A stretch of DNA of 54,948 bases, counting the filler, from Sminthopsis crassicaudata (lineage: Eukaryota), in NCBI RefSeq assembly GCF_048593235.1. It is 2 parts of 2 records of this genome, joined end to end, with 100 filler letters (N's around TTAATTAATTAA, not from the genome) between each part and the next. Parts side by side here need not be neighbours in the genome. Positions count along the whole stretch, not along the records: positions 1 to 25,422 come from NC_133620.1; 1 more part is not named here. One strand, 5' to 3'. The translations under genes were made by a program, and so were the position numbers. Positions 12,111 to 24,820 of this stretch are shown piece by piece. The notes beneath the pieces were generated by a model. That model searched no databases and was not told the origin of the DNA. It saw nothing but the letters and a program-made list of their open reading frames with translations. How positions within the stretch are numbered: position 1 is the stretch's first letter; the number at the start of each line of letters is the position of its first letter.

Positions 12111-14039
12111 CTGAGGCAGTCTGAGTGTGGGAAGAGGGAGCACCTCGCCACCGCCTGGCCCCCAAGGCCTCAAAGAACAGGACTCTGACCTTGGGCCAGA
12201 ACAGCGCCCTTCCAGTTTGTGGGGGAGGCAGGCAGCTCAGAACCATTGGGAAGCCTTAGCCCAGGAACTTTTAGTAACAGATAAGACTCATTTTTGCTCC
12301 AGAGGGCTCGCCTCTTCCTTCCCTGTGCCTGCTGCTTGTGCTTGCTGCCCACGGGATCATGCAGGGCCAGAAGGGAAGCACCGAGAGTGGGGGTGCTGCC
12401 CAGGACAGCCCCGGCTCCCAGCAGCAGCACCCCCTCTCCCGGCCGCCTCCACCCTCTGCGTCTGGGGGCTTGATCCTTAAGGGGGACAGAGAGAGGAGGG
12501 CTTCTTCACAGCAGGAGGTTCTCTGCCTGTCAAATGAGGGACAAGGAACTATGGGTAGTTCTAGGAACACAAGGGTGAAGATGGGCCAGCCCGGTGTTCC
12601 AGGAGAATGCCGTGTCACTCAAAACACATCCGTGATCTGCCTTCTCGACAGCCTGCCTCCCCCCAACTTGAGGGCTTTGTAGCACTTAGCCCAGGGTCTG
12701 GCATACAGCAGGCGCTTAACAAATGCCTGCTGATTGATCGATTGTCCCTGTTGCTCTGACTCTCCTGTCTCCTCTTTTTCCCACAGGAGTCTCCCTCCTG
12801 CCCTGAGATTTCCCCCACTCTGCATAAATCCTGTGGGCACACAGTTGCTGCCTGCTGTTTCCCTGCTCCTCCTACTCCCAACTGCCTTCTGGCATCCCCA
12901 GCACTTGGTACAAAACCAGCACCTAATCAGCACTTGCTGACTGACCCGGAGTGCCCACAAGGGCACCGGGGGGCGTGGCAGGGACAAGCAGACTCCAGAC
13001 TTAGGGAGCAGAGACTCTGGAGGGGTAACAGGGTCCTTGGTTTTGGGGACGCCCTGTCATGACGTGGCTCCCTCTGGGCCTGGGCCTTCAGGGTCCCACC
13101 ACTTCCCTTCCCTCCCCCATGGCTGGAGGGGGGAAGCCACCATGGGAAGGTACAGGAATGCGTCTCGGGCCTGCAAGGAATGCTGGGGTCCTGGTGGCCC
13201 AGAGACCGCCAAGCTGGCGGGGTGCCCAGAGCCTGACCCGCAACAGCCCAAGGGGGCTCTGGGATTAACCCCTGATGACGTGGGGTGAACAGGGCCACTG
13301 GCCAGTTAAGGGTCTGAAGCAGCCGGACAACAAAGGAACACGTTACCGAGCTCATACTGCTGACCTATGACCTATGGCTTGTGCTTTCACCCAAGGACAC
13401 AATTCAATCCTTGGGTCTGGCTGAGCCTCCTCCTGTTCTTTTCTGGGTATGTTTTAGCATGCTCCACCCGCATTTCCACACAAGGCCCTTCAGCACGGCA
13501 CAGACAGCCCTCGCTCTAAGACCGGGAGCTGGACTCCGGGACGTCCCCTTGCACTCTCAGGCCCATGGTCTCCTTGCCAACCAGAGGCAGGCACTACCCG
13601 CCCGTGCCATGAGCTCCAAAGCTCCACAGGGGGCCAGGCCACATCCCCATCCGTGGCACTTCACCAGCAGTGGCCAACTGTAAAAATCAGACCCGCCTTC
13701 CTCCCCACAAAGTGACCCGAAAGGTCACACCCTGATTGCTGGGCACTCAAACCCCCTCTGCCCATTGCCAGCATTTAAAAAAACCTCCGTGGATCCTGCC
13801 AAGCCCTCACCCCACAGCCTTGAGTCCTCTCCGCTGCTGCCTGGGGGGAGGGGCCACTTGGCATTGGTTACAAAGCTGGAGACATCAGATGACACCTTTT
13901 CCTGCCTCCTCAAAGTAATAAGCATTTATGTAGTGCCTACTATATACCTGGCACTCCAAAATAGGGGACATGGTTTAGGCATAAAGGGTGATGTTATAAG
14001 TAAATGATTGACCTATCAGGTCTTTCAAGAGAGGACTTT

Positions 14040-15010
14040 ATGGCCAAAGAATTAGAGAATGTCATGAAAGGCAAAATGGACACCTTTGATTTCACTAAAT
14101 TAAAAACTAACAAATAAAATGAATGTAGCAAAGATGAGAGGGGAAGCAGAAAACTGGAAAACAATTTTTACAGCCAATGCTTCTGATAAAGGGCTTATTT
14201 CTAAAATATATAAGGGATGGAGTGTGATTTATAAGATTATAAGCCATTCCCCAATTGATAAAGGGTCAAAGGATACGAGCAGACAATTGGATTAAGAAAT
14301 TAAAGCAATAAACAGTCACATGAAAAAGTCCTCTAAATCACTATTGATTATAAAAATGCAAATTAAAACAACTCTAAGGTGCCAATTTATACATCTCAGA
14401 CTGGAAAAGATAACGATAAATGTAGGAGAGGATGTGGGAAACCTGGGACACTGATACATTGTTGGTGGAGCTGTGAACGGATCCAACCATTCTGAAGAAC
14501 AACTTTTACTATGCCCAAAGGGCCATCAAACTGGGTTACCCTTTGATCCAGCAGCTTTACTACTGGGCTTGTATCCCAAAGAGATCATAAAGGAGGGAAA
14601 GGGACCTGTGTGTGCGAGAATGTTTCTGGCAGCCCTCTTTGTGGTGGCCAGAAACTAGAAACCTGCCCATCAGGTGGAGAATGGCTGAATGAATTGTGGT
14701 AAATGAATGTTGGAATATTATCATTCTGTAAGAAAAGACCAGCAGGAGGAATACAGAGAGGCCTGGAGACTGACAGGAACTGATGCTGAGGGAAGTGAGC
14801 ACTGTACACATCTAAGGCAGGACTGGTTCCTCTCCACAGTCCAGTGAGCCAAAGCGATCCCAATAGACTTTGGACAGAAAAAGAACTAAGGAGACTGAAC
14901 GTAAAGCAACATACACTACGTTCACTTGTCCTTTTGTGTTTTGTTCTTTTGCAGTTTTTCCCTTTTGTCCTGATTTTTCTCTCACAACATGATTCATGGG
15001 GAAATATGTA
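14040..15010 (+). mobile_element. Degraded LINE-1 ORF2/3' fragment
   Basis: [38 protein letters not shown], homologous to the L1 at 1080. Confidence 0.85.
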
Positions 15011-15299
15011 AAGAAACGAGCACACGCTTCTCTGTACCTGCCACTCTGGTGACTTGGTTTTTTCTCAGACATTTGATTTGCAAGATAGAAACTGAGGCAG
15101 GCAGAGGCAGGGGCTCCGCCCAGGGCCTTCCAGCTGTCCCTGGCCCCACTGCTCTATCTACAAGGCCAGCAGCTGCCTCTCTGGCTGCTCTTTCCTCCGG
15201 CTGGCTGTCCTGAATCCGCCTCCTCCCCAGTCTCCCCCCATCTGCTCCAGGTTCGTCACTTTCTGAAGTCCGCCACTTTCTGAAGTCCGGGGCCGCCCA

Positions 15300-18200
15300 C
15301 CCTCCGGGGCGCAGCTTCGGCCTGTCCCCAGGCACGGGGCCTTTCTCAAAAAGAATCATCAGGCCGACTTTTCCGAGCTGCGTTTCAGTTGGTTTCCTTT
15401 GTGATGCCGCTTGTTATTGGCGGCCTCCGGCCGGCCCGCCCGCCAAGGGCTCCAGAAGGCAGAAGGCCGAGAGGCCCGTGCCGGGGAGGCCGCCGCGCAG
15501 CCGGCACCCCCACGCAGGCGCCCCGCTCTCACTCTAGCCCGGGCCTGCCTTCCGACCCATCCACAAGCACTGACCCACGGCCAGGCGCGGTCCCGATCCC
15601 TGGGGACGCGAGGGGGCTCTCGGGGAGCTGCCGGGCTGGGGGGGCACGCGCAGACACGCTGGCACCCGGGCACGTCCAGGCGAGGAGAGAAGCTGAGGGT
15701 TGCGCAGGGGCGGAGGCCGCAGCCTCCCTCGGTCTCCGGCTGCTGGCACTCTCTCCGCCTCCTCCAACGGCTCCACAAGGGCCGAGCTCTCCAAGGGCAG
15801 CCGCCTCAGCCTGTCCCCCGCAGCGCCTCTCTCCCAAGCTGGGCCTCCAAGGAGATCCGGGCACAGCGCCAGAGAGGCTGCCGGTCGTCGTGGTCTCGGC
15901 GTGCCGCTCGGCCGCTTGTCTTCCAGGGGCTGACCGAGCCCCCCCCCCCCCCCCCCGGGGCCCGATGGAGCCTGCGCCGGCCGCCTCCTCTGTCCAAATG
16001 TTGCTGACCGCGTCCTCTATTCCTCTCTGCCCCCCCCCGGAGCTCTCTGGTGAGCCTGGCTCCCAGCCTTCGCAGGCCGTGCCCAGCAGGCCAGAGGAGG
16101 GGGCCGCGGTGCCCAGGACCAGCTGCCGGACACACACCCAGGTCTGGAGCCCGGGCCCCCTCCGACATGGCGGCGCTCTCTCCGTCCCCCAGCCCCAGGA
16201 TAGAGCCTCCAAGGGCCAGCGGTGCTCCCTACCCTCCTCCACCGCTCCCCCTGAAGAGAAGGTGGCCAAGGGGCACCTCCGGCCCTGCCGGCCCCACGAC
16301 TCCCCCGCGGCCAAAATCAGGAGTGGGGGGCTGGGGGGGCAGGCGGCCGGGGACCCTCGGCCCCCGCCTGCTGGGCCTCTGCTTCAGCTCCCTCCCCCAG
16401 GCCAAAAGTGGTCCACGTTGGCACCCCCTGCCCCATGGGTGGGCACGGCGGCCGCGGCAGGCCGGAGCTGCGGGCAGGGAGTTCCAGGGAGAATGTCCGG
16501 GGTCGGCCCCACCGGGGGTCCTGGGTTCTTGTCCCGGGGCCGGCCCAGGGGGGGGGCGCCCGTCGCTGGGCGGGGCGGGTCTCCTCCTGCCCTTCGGGGT
16601 CAGCGCCCCCTCCTGGGTAACTCGGCCCGGCTCCCTGCCCTTGCAGGCGGCTCCCGCCTGTCCTCCCCGGCCCGGCCTGGCCCAGGCCGCTGTCCCCCTC
16701 AGGGCTGAGGCAGGGCCCGCCCGGGTCTGGGCCTATCCCCCAGGCGGCGCTTAGTGAAGGGGCGCAAGGAGCGGACCCCAACCTCCGCCCAAGGGGCCCC
16801 TTTCCAAATCGCCGCACCCGTCCCCTCCCCCAAGGCCTCTCCCAACGAACACTCCGGGACCCTCCTTCCCCCCGGCTCCGGGCTCAGCCAGAAGCGCCGC
16901 CGCCGCCGGAGCCGCCGGCCCGGGCTCAGCTCCCGCCCCAGCCTCCCTCGGAGTGGCCGTGGCCCAGTCATTGAACCCGCCGGCCCCGGTCTCCCGTCCG
17001 TCCCCGAGGCGGTTGGCTCCCGCTGGAGGCGGGGCTCTCAGCCCGGACCCCCCTTACCTGCGCCCGGCCGCCTCGGCGGCGGCTGCTGGGCCCCCGGCGG
17101 CTGCGCCCCGCCGCTCCTCCGGCTCCCCGGCTCCGGCCGCCTTCGCCCCGCCGCGCGGGCCCAGCCAGATCCGGGCCCCGGCCTCCCTCCTGGTACTCGC
17201 CCGGCCCGTCCGTCCGTCGGGCCCCGGGACCCGGCCGAGGGTGAAGGAATGGGGGGAAGGCAGCGGGAAGCAGGGGGGGCGCGAGCCCGGGAGCGCGGGC
17301 GCGCAGGCGCGGGTCCAGGAACACGGGCGCGCGCACGGCAGGGCGCGGCAGCCGCGCAGGCGCGGCAGGGTCCGGGGCGAGGAGCCGAGGATTGAGGGCA
17401 GGGGTAGGTACGGGCGCGGCAGCGGGGACGGGCCCCAGCGGGGGGCGCGTGAGCGAGACCAGAAGCGCTCCCTCCTGCCCCCTCTCTTCTCCGGCGGGCG
17501 CGCGCCCGGGGGGCCGGGCTTGAGGGCGAGCTTTCCTCGGGGCTTAGCGAGACTGGGCGCGGGAGGGGGAGCGGGGCTGAGGGCGGGGGAAGGGGCGAGG
17601 CTGGGAGGGGGCGGGGACGGGCAGGGCGCCGGGCGGGCCGCGTTTAGGATCCGCGGCCGGGGTCGGGACGAGAGGAAGACCGGGGCTTGGCTGGGAGCGA
17701 GCGTCAGGGGGGGCAGGTTGGACCCACCGAGGACGGGGAGGGAAGATCTGGGCGGGAACAGTGGGTGCCCGGGCATGGGAGGAGGGCCCGGAGGCCGGGA
17801 GGGCCGGAGACCGAGGCAGAAGCCCTGGGCCGGAAAGGGCCGGAAGGGGCCAGGGGGCGGGGCCAAACGGAGGGCAGGGATTGGTGAAGGCGAAGGGGGC
17901 GTGGCGAAGGGAAGAGAGGTGCGCGTAGTGGGAGGGGCAGGGCGGAAGGGGAGGGCCGGAGCGTGGAGAGGAGGAAGGCCACAGGGCTGGGAGTGGGGAG
18001 AACGGATGAGTTCTCGGTCTGAGGGGACCCCGGTTCCTCCGGGTGAGGGGCGAAGCTGCAAGTCTGGCCACCTGAAGGGGTCACCTATGGGACCTTGATG
18101 GGGGTCCTGGGCACTCCTGTCCGGAGCGGGGCTGGGGGTCCTGGCACGCGGTCCTAAACTGGGCCCAGGCTGCCGTTGATGCAAATTCCGTAGCCCCGCC
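15300..18200. promoter_or_regulatory. Large CpG island in the 5' region of LRRC42 (promoter and/or non-coding exon)
   Basis: Very high GC and CpG density by inspection; strong minus-strand donor GCGCAG|GTAAGG with the exon ending at 17058. Confidence 0.7.
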
Positions 18201-18911
18201 CCTCTCCCCCGACTCCTCATTGGGGTTTCTTGGCTAAGACTCAGGGGGGCGCTGCCGCTCCCTTCTCGGGCTCTTTTTACAGGTGGGGAAACCGAGGATC
18301 CCCAGCTGGGGAGCGTCCGAGGACAGACTCCATTCTCTAAGGAGACTTAGCTGCAGCCCCGGGCGCTGTTGACTTCCACAGTGACTCAAAGTCTCTCTTG
18401 GGAAACTGAGGCCCGGAGGTTTAAATAACTGGCCCTGGCGGACGCGGAGAGTAAGGGGAGATCTCCCGGCCTCTGCAGCCAGACTTCCGGCTGCTGCCCT
18501 TACAAAGGGGACCTCGAGAGCCCCGCTGCCTTAACAGTTCTTGGTGTCCCCCACCCTCAGCGCCAGGTCTGGCACACAGCCCGCACTTAATAAACATCTT
18601 CTTATTACCCAGAGGTACCCTGGCACATTGGAACGCATCTTTATTAGAAAGTCATGTTATATATATTGGAAATATACAAAAAAGAGTCTGATTTTAAGGA
18701 CCGGACATAGAAATGCTGACTCTGCTGCTTCCAGCCTGCCTGGACCTCAGTGCCTCGTCCGTAAAACTACGAGGGGGCGGGTGGGAAAATCTTTACGGGC
18801 TCTACACTGACCCTTGTCACTCTCCCGTCCCAATGAATGGGATCACAGAGAAGTCGTCATTGAGAAGTCAGCCAGGTGACACATCTTAGCTCCCGAGGTG
18901 GTTGCTCTATC

Positions 18912-19036
18912 CTGTGGTCCTGGAACTTTTTAAACAGGGGCCAGTTCCCCGTCCCTCAGACTGTGGGAGGCCGGACTATAGTAAAAACAAAAGCTCCCAC
19001 TCTGGCTCCGCCCCTCAGCCCATTTGAGAACCCCTG
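18912..19036 (-). mobile_element. hAT/Charlie (OC1-like) non-autonomous MITE, degenerate copy
   Basis: Reverse complement of the 34104-34253 element (actatagtccggcc..acagtctgagggac..gaactggcccc..tttaaaaagt); degenerate TIRs. Confidence 0.75.
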
Positions 19037-19435
19037 CTTTAGGCCCACTACAATCATCTCTGATGAGAACCCAGATCTTTTGAGGTTCTGGAGAACATCA
19101 GTTAGTCAGTGGGAAGGGAGAGGAGAGAAACTCCACCCTGTCTCCCTCAAGGCAATCCTCATGGACCTGCACTGGAACCAGAGAATCAGGAGTGACTTGC
19201 CTGAGTCACCTTGAATTTAATTTGATTTAATTTTCAAGTTCATGAATTCAAAATACTCTCCAAAATACTGAGTTTTGGGTGGGCAAGAAGGTGTAAAAAC
19301 AAAGAAATACAAGGGCACAGAGATAATTAACGTAGGAAAAAATTTAAAATTCAAAGCTGAGGCAAGAGTGGACCCATTATATCAGACTTACCTTCATTTA
19401 ACATTATCCACTCCTTTATTTTACAAACATCCTAC

Positions 19436-20071
19436 TGATGAGGTCTTCAGGGTTGGGTGTGGGTAGCAGAGAAAAAATTGAAGAAGTGATTTAAAAAAAA
19501 TATCCCTGAGAGTGGCAGAGAGAAAAAAGGCGCTGAGCGGCATCAGTTTAGCTTCCTGGTCCCACCTTCTCAAACCCCTGAGGTCCACCCTCTGTAGGAG
19601 TCCCCAGTCAAATTCTAGTCCTGTCCCTGAGGTTAAATTTTCCCTATAAAAACCTACTTGTGAGCCATCCCATAGCTGCTGCCTTCCTTTCCATCTATCT
19701 GCCGCATCAGGCCCTCTACCTCATGGTGTCTTTCCCCTTGCCCTTCCCTCAGGCCACATGGTATCTCCCCTGACTCCACTCCGCTTCCCAACTCTACTTC
19801 TCCTTACAGCTCACTCTCTTAGGGGTGCTAAGTCCCTTTCAGGACTGAGCCTGCCAGCCAAGGACATGCTCCATTCTCACGTGGGGCTCCCTTTCTCCTA
19901 GGTAATCCTGAGTTCCACTGAGGAACTTGTCTTCATATATTCTCCCAGCGTCTATAGTATCCATTTTGTCTGTGACCTCTTCCCTGAATAAATCTATCTT
20001 TTGCCAAAAAGAATGGCCTTTGTGAATCCTTCACGTGAACAAACCCCAATTTTTGGTGCCTGCCATCATCA
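19436..20071 (+). mobile_element. Probable solo ERV LTR
   Basis: TGATGA...TCATCA inverted termini, TATAAAA at 19645-19651, AATAAA at 19987-19992. No TSD found, so the 5' boundary is uncertain. Confidence 0.6.
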
Positions 20072-20599
20072 GGTGTCTACATCAACTACTGTGGGGGGGG
20101 GGGCACTGTGCTAAGCACGGAGGGGAGGGTGACCTCCTACAGAGGTCAAAGTCTAGTGGGAACCCTTACCACAGCAGTATGAAGCATTCCACGATGAACA
20201 CATTCACGGTGTCTTCTCCCTTTCCTTCTCATTTCTGATATCCTTCTCCCATCAGATCCAGGTCCTCATCATTCTGACCTGGTTTATTGCAGTGGATCCG
20301 ACCTAAGGTTCTTCCAACTTCTGGGCTCTGCCTCTGACTGAACCTACACCCAACACAGCCAGATTAGGTTTGCACACTTTACCCCTCAGGTCTGGAAGCC
20401 TCTTATGGCTCTCCATTGTCTTAGGATGAGCTTCCTTATCCTTAACCAAGTATTCAAGAGTCCCAGCATAGTGTACTGCTCTGTAAATGCTATTTGCATT
20501 CATTATTTAAGTGCAAAGCACTGTTGGCCACCACCAGTCACTGATGGTGACATTGACCAGCAATGTCACCAACCACCTGTGACAAAAAGGTTCAAGAGA

Positions 20600-21800
20600 C
20601 ATAGTTTTCTGGGTGATGTAATCAGTTTATTAATAAAACCAGCAGTTATTAATAAAAAGTGAGCTGATCTGTATCCTCCAGGAGATTATGTTTGATCCTA
20701 GAGAACAATACGTAGGCATTGAAATAGGAACAAAACACATAGAGGGTAATTTGGTGGGGGGAGAGCTGCTATTAACTGGGGAATGAGTAACAAGAAAAAG
20801 CTTCCATAAGAGAAGGCATATGCACAAAACTTTAAATAAAGCTAGGATTTCTAAGGGGTAGAGCTGAGGAAGGAGTTCATTCCAGGAAGGGGCACAGATT
20901 GTATAAAGGCACGGAGATGGGAGTTTGTGGTGATGATTGCATGGAATGGGATGGACAAACTGGCACACCTGGGGACCAGCAGCATTTCCACCCATCTTTC
21001 CCATGAGGAGCCAGTGGTAACACCCAACAGTGCGACAAAACACTCGGCCTAGTTTGTGTACACTGATGCACACAACTTTCCCTTTCCCATCTCTGTGTCT
21101 TTGTACAGGCAGTGTCCATGCCTAGAATGAACTCCGTCGTCACATCCACCTCTTAGAATCCCTAAGCTTTATTCAAAAGTCAGATTGTGTGTGCGCACAC
21201 ATGCGTGTGTATGTGTGTGTGTGTGTTTGATTGGCTTGTAGAGTACGTGAAGGGGAGAACTGTGTAATGGACCCAGAAAAAAAAGCTGGATCAGATTGTG
21301 AAAGGCTTGTAGTGCTTCCCAGAGAAGGTTGTCTTATTTTAGAGGCACTAGCGGTGCTCCCTGAGGGGAGCAATGACCTGGTTCTATCTTTAAAATAGGA
21401 TAGGAGAAGGGAGATCTAAAGTGAAGGATCTTGCAATAGTTCAACAAGAGGTGATGAGGGCCTGGCCCAAGGGAGTTGTGAGTAAAAAGGAGCCATATAT
21501 GAAAGATGCAGAATCAAGATTTGGCAACTGATTGGAGATGGGAGACCACCCAGAGCAGAGCCCAAGGGGTGAGAATAAAGTCTGAGAATAATGCACTGGG
21601 GAGGTGTGCTAATTAAGGCTTGGTGACTGCTACTGACAACTCAGGGGACTGGGCAGGGGGAGGAAGCAAGCAATGATGATCTCTGTTTTGTATCTCGACT
21701 TTTGAGATGGCTCACCCGGTTTGGAATTTATAATTAGACAGTTGGTGACATGATGCTGGAACTCAAGAGAAAGAGAAGAGTTGGCTATGGTCTGCCTAGG
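20600..21800. mobile_element. Ancient L2 fragments
   Basis: Purine-rich degraded L2-like text (cattccaggaaggggcacag..tataaaggcacggagatggg). Confidence 0.45.
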
Positions 21801-22389
21801 GATGACCCCACCTTTTCACTCTTCCCTCTTTCTGACTCCTTTTATGTGCTGTCTTCCCTTATTCGATTGTAAGCTCCTAGAAGGCAGGAATTGTCTGTCT
21901 TTTTCATCGTACCCAGAGTGCTCAGCACAGCGACATCCCTTAAATCTCACAACTTACATCCAGGCTGAATTTGAACTCAGGTCTGACTTTGGGCCCAGCA
22001 CTCTAACTGCCTCTACATCTAGATGCTTACGTGCTTGGCGATTGATTATTTGACACACTGAAGTCAACTCATTCACCTGAAACCCTACAGAGTGCATGAA
22101 GGAGAATTAAGGGAAATTGGCAAAGCTGGGGCCAGAGGAAGGAGGGCCTTGAATGGGATCAATTTCACCAAAGCACCAGTCAGCCTCATGCTGAAGAGAT
22201 AGGCCATTGAATCCCACTAATGATGTATTAGGAGGTCAAAGGAAGGGAGAAAAGTTTAAAATATTAATAATTATCTAAAGAGAAAATGGTGGTTACAAAG
22301 TTAGACTTCATCAAGAACAGATTATACCTTATTAACCTCATTTTATTTCTGGACAAGGTGATAAACTTAACTACTTTATGTACACTTTT

Positions 22390-22540
22390 TAAATTTTTTT
22401 TTTTCCTGAGGCTGGGGTTATTAAGTGACTTGCTCAGGGTCACACAGGTAGGAAGTGTTAAGTGTCTGAGACCAGATTTGAACTGGGGTCCTCCTGAATT
22501 CAAGGCTGGTGCACTATCCACTGTGCCACCTAGCTGCCCC
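22390..22540 (-). mobile_element. WSINE1-like tRNA-derived CORE-SINE
   Basis: Reverse complement GGGGCAGCTAGGTGGCACAGTGGATAG...; A and B boxes, polyA tail, near-perfect TSD actttt(t/a)aaa. Confidence 0.85.
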
Positions 22541-22689
22541 ACTTTTAAAAATTCTTAACAGAAATTCAAAGTTTTCTATATAATCCTTTTTTTTTTTGTT
22601 CTTTGTATATTGAAATGCTTGTAAATAATAAAAATATCTTAAAAAATTAACTGCTGTAATAGGGAATTCTGTAGATTACTTGTTCAATT

Positions 22690-22890
22690 GTGCCCTAATT
22701 TTTCTGACCCAATTTGGGGTTTTCTTGGCAAAGGAGTAGTTTGCCATTTTCTTCCTTTCACAGATGAGGCAACTGAGGCAAGCAGAGTTAATTGACTTGC
22801 CCAAGGTCACACAGGTTAGGTAGCCTTTGAACTCAAGTTATCCTGACTCCAGATCCTGTGCTCAATCCCCTGAGGCAGCTAGTTGCCTCA
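22690..22890 (-). mobile_element. Mar1/MIR-like CORE-SINE
   Basis: ggggttttcttggcaaag..gtttgccattttcttc..acagatgaggcaactgaggc. Confidence 0.7.
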
Positions 22891-24278
22891 AGTACATTTA
22901 CTTAGATTTTAGCAAAACAATTGACAAAGTGTCTCATACCATTTTTTTGTGGAAAAGATGAAGAGATATGAGCTAGATAATATTAGTAATAATAGCTAAG
23001 ATGGATATAGCAACTTATGTAGCTCATATCATTCTATCAGGGGAAGCAACCCATTCACATATATGTCTAGCCTTGTGGAACTAGTGATGGTCCCAAGGAT
23101 TCTAAGGTGATGCTGCACTACATCCTTATGACTAAGGGGCCCTTCTTCCTGTCTGGGCCAAGTCAATCCTGGGGAAACTTGGCCCCTAATGAAAAGGCTT
23201 CTTTTCTCATCCTCAGTGACTCATCAAACTTTCCACCCTTGCACCCCAGAGAAAAATTAGGTTGTGGTTCACTTCTAGGGTTTCCCCAAAAGGAAGCTGT
23301 TTAAAAAGAAAAAAGGTTGTATTCCATGAATCTGGCAGGGAACTGGTCATTTATTCCTGCACACAAAAGAAAATGCTTCAGGGCCATCTCCAGCCAGATC
23401 CAGGTGGTCAGGCCAGTAATGAGACTCTTTCCACCTCTCATCCTCCAACCACCTCTGCCTCCTGCCCAAACTCTGGGGCAGTCCAGCCATGAGGTAGGTC
23501 CTGGAAGGGCTCCAAGGATGCAACACCGCCACCTGCCAGAGGCTGACTTGGAACAGTCTAATCACCTTGTGAGAAATGGATGGACACGCATCCACAGTTA
23601 TGAAAGTTGGTGAAATGAAGCTTAAATTGGAAGGCTGAGACCCATGAGGACATCAAGGAATAATCAAGGGGGTGGAGATTAGTTATCTCCCTCCAAAAGA
23701 ATGTACGCTCCTTGGGCGCAGGGACTGTTCTGGAGTGGCACCTTTTGGTGCCTTTTGATTTGAAAACAATCTTTTATTCTTTGCCCTTAGCCCTCCTCGG
23801 CTACCTTTCCCCTTCTAGAATGGAAACTCCTTTGGAGCAGGGATTGATGAGGAGTGGAGATTCATGTAACTTCTGTAACATCTAGTTAATGAGGAATCAG
23901 GGGAGGGACTTGGGCTTCTGGGAAGGAAATAAAACGCTGCTCTTGGAGTTTCAAAGCTGGGTCTACTCACCTAGGCCCCATTCTTGCGAGAATGTGAAAT
24001 GAATCTTTCCTGCTTTCAGCAGCGAGTCGGTGGAGGGCCTGGTAAGATACTTCGTTTCTCACAACCTGCTTCCCCCCATATAACTTTCCCCAACCCTTCC
24101 CTCCATACTCATTCCTCAGTAGGCACCCCGCCCCCATACTCTTTCCATTACAACGATTCTGAACCTCAAAGGCCCATTCCAGATCCGCCCGCTGCTTCCG
24201 CCGTGCCCTCTGCAATTCCTGCTCCATTGTGAACAAACTTCCAACATAAACTGCTCTCGCTTCCATCTCTGACATTCG

Positions 24279-24360
24279 GAGATGCTGCCCAGGGGAAATC
24301 GACCAGAGATGCGGACGAGGTGAAATCGACCAGAGATGCTGCCCAGGGGAAATCGACCAG
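24279..24360. repeat. Three tandem copies of a 27-bp unit (GAGATGCTGCCCAGGGGAAATCGACCA)
   Basis: Units at 24279-24305, 24306-24332 and 24333-24360. Confidence 0.9.
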
Positions 24361-24820
24361 CCTTACCAATACCTAAGGGAGAGAGGGGGCGGGGCGGAAG
24401 GGAGGGAAGAGTGAAGCGTCCTGGAGGACTCCCCGGTGGGAGCCCGAGGGACTGTGAGTAATGGGGGATTTGGGAGGGGAAACAAGGAGCTCAGCTTAGT
24501 TGAAGATGTGCGCTGGACATCCGGTTCTTTGGGTGTGAAAGGCGGTTGAAGATGGGAGATCGGAGGCAGCAGAGAGGGCGGGAAAGCAGGTAGATAGGAT
24601 GATTATTGGCGCGGATGGAGCTTCAATGCCGGGGATCCGAGGAGATCCGCGAGTGAAGCGCTGGCGAGGGGGAACAACAATCTACAGGGACAATCTGGTC
24701 ACGTGGAGCTTCGAGAGCAGCACCGGCTCAGGCCCAGATCCCTGTTCCGTCCCTTGGCCCAGGTAGGAAGCGGAACGCTGCCGCGGACTGGTCGGGCACC
24801 GACGGAATCCCTTCGCTGAG

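Larger units (their letters stand above)
22270..22990 (+). mobile_element. CR1/L3 reverse-transcriptase fragment interrupted by SINEs
   Basis: DFIKNRLYLINLILFLDKV (22286 onward) and YLDFSKTIDKVSH (about 22900) resemble consecutive CR1 RT motifs. Confidence 0.65.

Noticed and set aside
16953-18220. 381- and 388-aa overlapping ORFs on both strands, and similar ORFs at 26204-27399 and 36691-37847
   Set aside because: They lie in CpG islands, are open in several frames at once, are P/G/R/A-rich and show no recognisable domain.
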